Below are positions 58,188 to 64,000 of a stretch of 64,000 nt of DNA, piece after piece. The notes beneath the pieces were generated by a model. The model was given only the letters and a program-made list of their open reading frames with translations. It was not told the origin of the DNA and made no database searches. The stretch lies in NCBI RefSeq assembly GCF_018977255.1, contig NW_024704749.1, forward strand, positions 7,316,001 through 7,380,000. Reading direction: 5' to 3'. The position numbers and the translations under genes were made by a program. How positions within the stretch are numbered: position 1 is the first letter of the stretch; each line of letters starts with the position of its first letter. This DNA is from Callorhinchus milii. Lineage: Eukaryota.

Positions 58188-61100
58188 TCATACAAAGGGG
58201 AAGAAGAAATCATAAGGTAACTCGACATCGATGGTGGGGATGGCTTTGTATCCGGGTTCTGCAGGGGTAGAGAGATCTGTGAAACTTACCGAGGAGGAGA
58301 TCGGCAGAGTCTGTGTCTCTCTCAGAGGCATCTGGAAATCAGAATTAAAATTGTGTGAAACAAGCATGGCGGGAGTGTGGAAATTGTTTAAGAATGTGCC
58401 CCCCTCACCCCAACGTTTCCCAGTTAATCCCACAGCCCTTCTTTGAATTGGCGGCTGCTTTTATTTTTGGAATGAATGTGGGCTCAGCAATGTGAGGCAC
58501 TTCTGCAATGTGGAAGGTAAGACACAGGCCATGGGTAGAGTGAAGCTCCTTTACCTGTACTTGGTGCTAAGCGATCATTTGGTTGCATCTTTGGAGTGGG
58601 AAACTTTTTTCTATTCTTAATGTACATTTCACTCCAGTCACAGAACTGAGAACCACAAGTACCTTTTGAAGTCTGAAGCACAACTTCTTGGAAATTATTT
58701 TTTAAATAAATGACTTCCACAAGTGCCCGTGGCTTGTGGTGTGCAAGATTTCCTCACGTACCGCAATGCAGATTTCTTTGAACCGTTGTGTCACTGACTT
58801 GATTTTAGCCTGTGGGTTCACGAAGGATCCGTATTTTACCCATGTGACGTCCAGGTGTAAAGACTGAGGCAATCTACAGTCACAAGTCTGCAAGAAGGAA
58901 GTACTTTCAATCATTGGCTTAGTTAATCATTTGAACCCTGCAATTTTGTTTACCCCTTAACTTTTTCTTTCCCCCCAACCCACAAGAACTTAAAAAACCG
59001 GCCCCCAAACTAAATTCAGCAGTTTTCCAAACTTCTGCACGATTTCTAGTGAGGAGACGAGGCGGAATCTCGAGTCCCTTCAGTATTTGTAAAGATCATT
59101 ACCTGTATTCTGGAGGTACTCTGTGCGATGGTCACCCAGTCCGCCTCGTCTTGTGCTTGGCTATTTCCGAAAGACGCTACAAGCTGAGGAGCAGGGTTGC
59201 CAACCAATACGTTTGTGATGATCTGTGACCACTGTTTGCATCCTGTGGCGTTGGTTAGTCTTTAGGCATAAATAAAAAAAACATTGGATCCTTGTTGTTA
59301 TGTCCAGAAACTTCCTCCACACAAACAGAGATAGGCCTGGCCTCTCTCACAGGATATGCCCTTGAATCTCCCACTTGCTTTGGTTCCGCCTATGCTGGTG
59401 AGCAGGATGCTTTGTCATAGAAAAAAGTAACTACAGTACTTCTGCACCCCCTGGTGGACAGTGGCACATGGCTGAGGGTTAGTATGTGTTATGAAGAGAG
59501 GGAAGACCACAGTACCTCATCTCTGATCCCTTCGAATGAAAACCACTAATCTAAAACATGTGCTACTATAAGCAATATTCTTTATAAAATAACCCATTCT
59601 CAATTTGTTGCTCTTTCAAAGCTTGTAAAGCGCGCTGAAACAGCTGATTTTCTGGCACTACGTGTTAGTCTGTGCACAATTGGTGTTGCACTGAAGTGTG
59701 TAAACTTAGATTGACAACAGTGAAATGCTTTCTTCCCATACTTACCGTAATAAACAGCCCGACTGTACGTTGATTCCAAAGAGGACTGGTAGCCGCAGTC
59801 CCTCTCTCTGTAGGCAATCCTGGTTGAATGAACTCAGGACGGTGAGTTGTCCAAATCGATTGGTGCTCTGAATTATGCCAGGTGTGGAAAGGCCAGTTAA
59901 GGGGAAGTTTACTGATAGACAAGGGATAGGATTAGGGTTTTGCAAACAATGATACAGAATTCGCTATTAAAAACAGAAGTCGCTGGGAACACTCAGTCAG
60001 TTAGGGCAGCATTTATGGGGAGAGGAAAGTGAATTAATGTTTCAGGTCGATGACCTTTCGTTAGAACTCAATTTGCTTGTAGTTATCAATTGTGCTCATT
60101 TTGAAAGCTGCCAATGAATCAAATATTAGCTTTTTCTGGATCAGAATAATGCACAGGACTGAAAAAGACAGAGACACCTGCCTAAATTAAAACATTTAAA
60201 AATAAATACTGCCCAATCATACCTTTCAAATTACTTCTTCCCTAAATAGCTATGTAATTCTGTCTAGAATTTGCTGACACAGTCTGCAAAGATCAAGCTG
60301 ATCTATGATGAGATGTTTTTCTATCGTGCATCGGTCACTAATAGAGCAACTTGCTATGAACAGAAAGTGGGCTGTGTTTTGAAAACCTGCAGCGTGTGAA
60401 GGATATGAGCCAGTTTGTCTGAATCCAGCCAACAGAGGGTGTCCGACAACATAGCCTGGGTTTCCACTCAGAGGAATTGCTGTTGTGTTTGTCTGGAAGT
60501 TAGAGGAACAAGAATGCACATTAGGAGATGAGGAGACGTGTACTGATGGATAACACAAGTCAAAATGCAAGTTATTTTACTCTGGCTTTTCATGATGGGA
60601 TTCCCTGTGAACGCAGAACGAATGAGAAAAATTTGTTTTTGGCAATCAGCCGCGATATAGTAGTCTATTAAATGGTGGCCTCTTGTAAAACTTGGGTTTT
60701 TGTCGAAAGTAATGTTAAGTGGAAATGACGAAAGTTGAATATCGATTGATTTGTTGAAGGGAACAATACTGTATGGTGTGTGCTTGGTGTTTCGACAAGA
60801 TGGAAACTGTGGAAAGCAAACTCTCCCATTAAAGGCCACACAAATTCAGCTTTTACCAGGGCACTTTATGTTGTGTTATTTTACACCAGCATTAAGCACA
60901 GGTTCACATATTACATTATTTCAACTGCACTTCAGCAAAACCAGAATTAAAATGTTTTTGCTAGCCTATGTGTGACCTGAAACATAACTGTTTATATCAC
61001 ATCCTACATTTTCTGCAAAGGGTTACAGTTTCTAAAACTGAAATCACTGTCTTGATTCCTTGTACTTAACCTTTCCCGCCTACCTGAATTCAAGTTACAG

Positions 61101-63992
61101 TAAATCTTGCATAAGTCTGATCGGTATAATTGCCTAAGTCGTACATCTGCCCCAAGTCCTGTTGAATTTCCTATTATTAATAACTCACATAACTCATAAT
61201 TTGCATAAGTCACATTAAATCCCAACAATTTATATGAGGTTTATTGTATTAGTGTCTGCAGTTCAGATTGTTTCTTGTAAACATTTACATGACAAATAGG
61301 CATTCGCACAAGCGTTTAATTATTAACACCAATGAACCTGATGGCATAACAACAAGCAAGAGGAAAAATAAGGATTTTACATCTACCTGTGTAAACTTGA
61401 TCTGAAAGCGCTGTTGTATTGGCAGCATTTTACTGCTGATTGCTCCAAGGGTGAAGGAACCAGAACCTGCTACAATCTTCCCCTTATCGTTATATACAAG
61501 TTCATAGTTTACCTGCAGGAAAGATAAGAGATTCTAAGATTACAGGAATCGTATATGCTTTCTACTATAAAATGTAGCTTTCATTGAGAATTCTGAATTT
61601 GTTACATGCCAAACAACTAACAAGATGGTCTCAATGGGCAATAGTCCATTAATAAGTGAAGTTTTAACATGTTTAATAGCAATTATTAATGAGCTGCTTA
61701 CTCCGAGTATTACATTGTTGCAGACACCACTAGTGGCAATAAGAACTGGCTCCAGAATGCCAATGTCAGGGTTGTTTAAAAGTGTCTGTGTTCCTTCAAG
61801 AGATTGTAAGACAACAGAGGTTATGTTGAGCTGTATCTGGAAGAGAAATAAAATGAAGTCAGTAAAGGACATCTCTCCCTTTCTCTCCAGTAAGTCTATT
61901 TTCTCTTGTAACTTGAATGCTGAGTTTGACAGTACTGTATTGTTTAAAGGTCATCTGAACCTTTTTTCAAAAAAGGGTTTAAATAAAAATCATAATTCAA
62001 ATAACTTTCAAAAAGGACTGAACTAGGTACTTAAAACAAAAAATTTGGAGGGCTATGGGGTAAGAGCGAGAGAGTGGGACCAGTTGGTAGCCCTTTCAAC
62101 AAGCCAGCACAGGCACATTGGGCTGAATGGCCTTCTTCTGTCCTGTAAGACTCTATGAACTTTTATTAAAACAAAATCTCTTAATTTTCTCTTCTCCCCT
62201 GGTTCAATAGTCACTGGGGGCCAGCGAAACAGCTTGGATGAAGCCCACATGATCCTATTCTCCTCTCCGCCCTTTGAAACATCAAGCAGTTTCTTAAACA
62301 AACCCTAGTAACTATGGCACCAACCACCCTTTCTGGTTATCTGTTCCAGCTGTTTTGTCTCCATGTAAAGACATGCTTTATCTATTATAAACTGACTCCT
62401 TCACAACCCTGAACCCGTGCTCTTTTGTCCCACTGCCTTGGTAAACAAATTGTCCTTGGTTTATTCTCTATCACATGTATTACCTCCTGTACAAGGTCCT
62501 CTAAGATGTCTGTTCATGATTGTCACACTTTGTGAATGGTTTTAAGTGGTTAAGGACCCTTTAAAATAATATGAATAAGAACATAACTAGGTCCCCAAAA
62601 GAAAAAGTTTTTTTTCTTTGCATTTTTTATATACATTAAGAGGCTTCAAACTATACTAAGTAGATCTAAATAAATACTTGGAGCCACTTTAAACACAAGA
62701 TATAATTTTAAAAAATACTTACCCCACTATTTTGATTGGGAATCTGAAAAATAAAATGTCATATTTCAATTATTAATATTTTAAAAATGGGTTAATGAAG
62801 TTTGGATACAATTTCTTGATGAAAAGATTTAATATAATAATTATCAACCACTACCCATCTAAGAGTACATTTCCACTGGTTGGTAAATGTGTTGGCTTTA
62901 TAATGGATAAAGTTAGTGACTTCACTAACCTATGGTGTTTCACTTCTTCACATTAAAATTGATGTAAAACTATCAAAAAATAATTACAGTCCACCATGTA
63001 ACCCTATGTCAGGGTGACCCTGTATTTTGGAACTCTTAAAATTGTACCAACTTCCGACCTGCGTTATAAATCGACTTGTATTCTAACAAGGTGCGTTATA
63101 ATGGGGTCGTTCTGTACTAGTAGTCAAACACATTCCGGTCAGGAGTGATGGCATAGCTTCATGGGGAGAATAAAAATCTGCAGCAAACGTACAGAGAAGA
63201 TGATAAAGTCGAGGTAGTTCGTCACATTCAGTGCTGCGAGCCCCACGCAGTCCTTTGTGATGTCTATCTTCCTTGTACACTGTGACACCTGATCTACCAA
63301 AAACCCTGCAACGTGGAGAAAGCAGAATCAATGATGCATGTCACAGATGTTCAGCGCTCCTGAAGGCTATATTACAGGATTGTCATTAATTTATAGCAAG
63401 GCAGCCTACAGACCAGGAAAAAACAGCAATCATTCTCTCTCCCCTCCCAACCTGCAAACTCAATGACATTAACCCAGGGGGCAATTAGCCTAACTGAGGC
63501 ATCCCTGCTGCTGAGATCAGCCAAAGTGGACCTGATACACAGACACTTCTAACCTATATTGCAATTCAATTGTGCTCTACAACATAAATTACACATGCAG
63601 TACCTTGGAGTGGTGGGTTACAGCTTTGTTCAAGCAAGGTGTAACAGGCCATATTTCTTACCTGCTGGGTTGTCGTCAACACACTCGGATGTGACCAGTG
63701 GGACAGGGATCCTCAGGAAACCATTATTAGTTTGAATAGGAACTCCATACTGGATGGAAAAAAAATGGTGAATCCTTCGGTATTCAACATATTTCCAATT
63801 TAAGAAAATATGCAATTTCCAAGTTTTGTTTCCCCATCACTACCTGATAGCAACATCCTGTTGATTTGTCTCTGGTTGGATCAGGGGTCTCTGTGTTTGT
63901 TCCAAAAAAGAAGCCGCCAAAACGATTCACCAAACTTTCAAAATTATGAGGAGTTGGCATCTCTGGGGTTAAAAAGGATGATCCCATCTTGT
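58188..63992 (-). CDS. TCTN1: Tectonic-1, last 11 coding exons (5' part beyond the right edge)
   Basis: Exons 63844-63992, 63662-63749, 63193-63305, 62723-62743, 61702-61836, 61387-61512, 60407-60492 (SGNPGYVVGHPL), 59746-59883, 59103-59259, 58762-58887 (KYGSFVNPQAKI), 58188-58331 (LPYDFFFPFV-TGA, TCTN1-type C-terminus). Frame is consistent using one AT-AC intron. Confidence 0.92.
59884..60406 (-). other. U12-type (minor spliceosome) AT-AC intron of TCTN1
   Basis: 5' end ATATCCTTC, branch site TTCCCCTTAAC (59906-59896), 3' end CAC. Joins TC+A in frame. Confidence 0.88.
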
Positions 63993-64000
63993 CTGAAGAT

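Overview
Vertebrate genomic DNA, most likely a cartilaginous fish (inferred from tRNA-derived and Deu-domain SINEs, CR1 tails and protein divergence). It holds a compact copy of the block found at human 12q24: CUX2 (-, exons 2-17, continuing off the left edge), MYL2 (+), CCDC63 (-), PPP1CC (+), HVCN1 (+) and TCTN1 (-, 5' part off the right edge). Exons were traced by hand from splice sites and reading frame. There are three N-gaps. The main anomaly is that the MYL2 promoter (CArG, MEF2-like, TATTTAT) and its ATG-only first exon lie on the MINUS strand at ~14.2 kb, while MYL2 exons 2-7 are on the plus strand at 26.2-28.5 kb. An ~11.1 kb inversion explains this. It is bounded by an inverted 10-bp microhomology (14068-14077 / 25208-25217) that also appears to split one Deu-SINE. 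As written, the MYL2 promoter and ATG point in frame at CUX2 exon 2: either a real promoter swap or a misassembly. Other notable items: an ~85-bp inverted repeat flanking PPP1CC exons 5-6, a duplicated E-box/MEF2 enhancer module, a cluster of CUT-type ATCRAT sites in CUX2 intron 1, an AT-AC U12 intron in TCTN1, and a GC-AG intron in MYL2.
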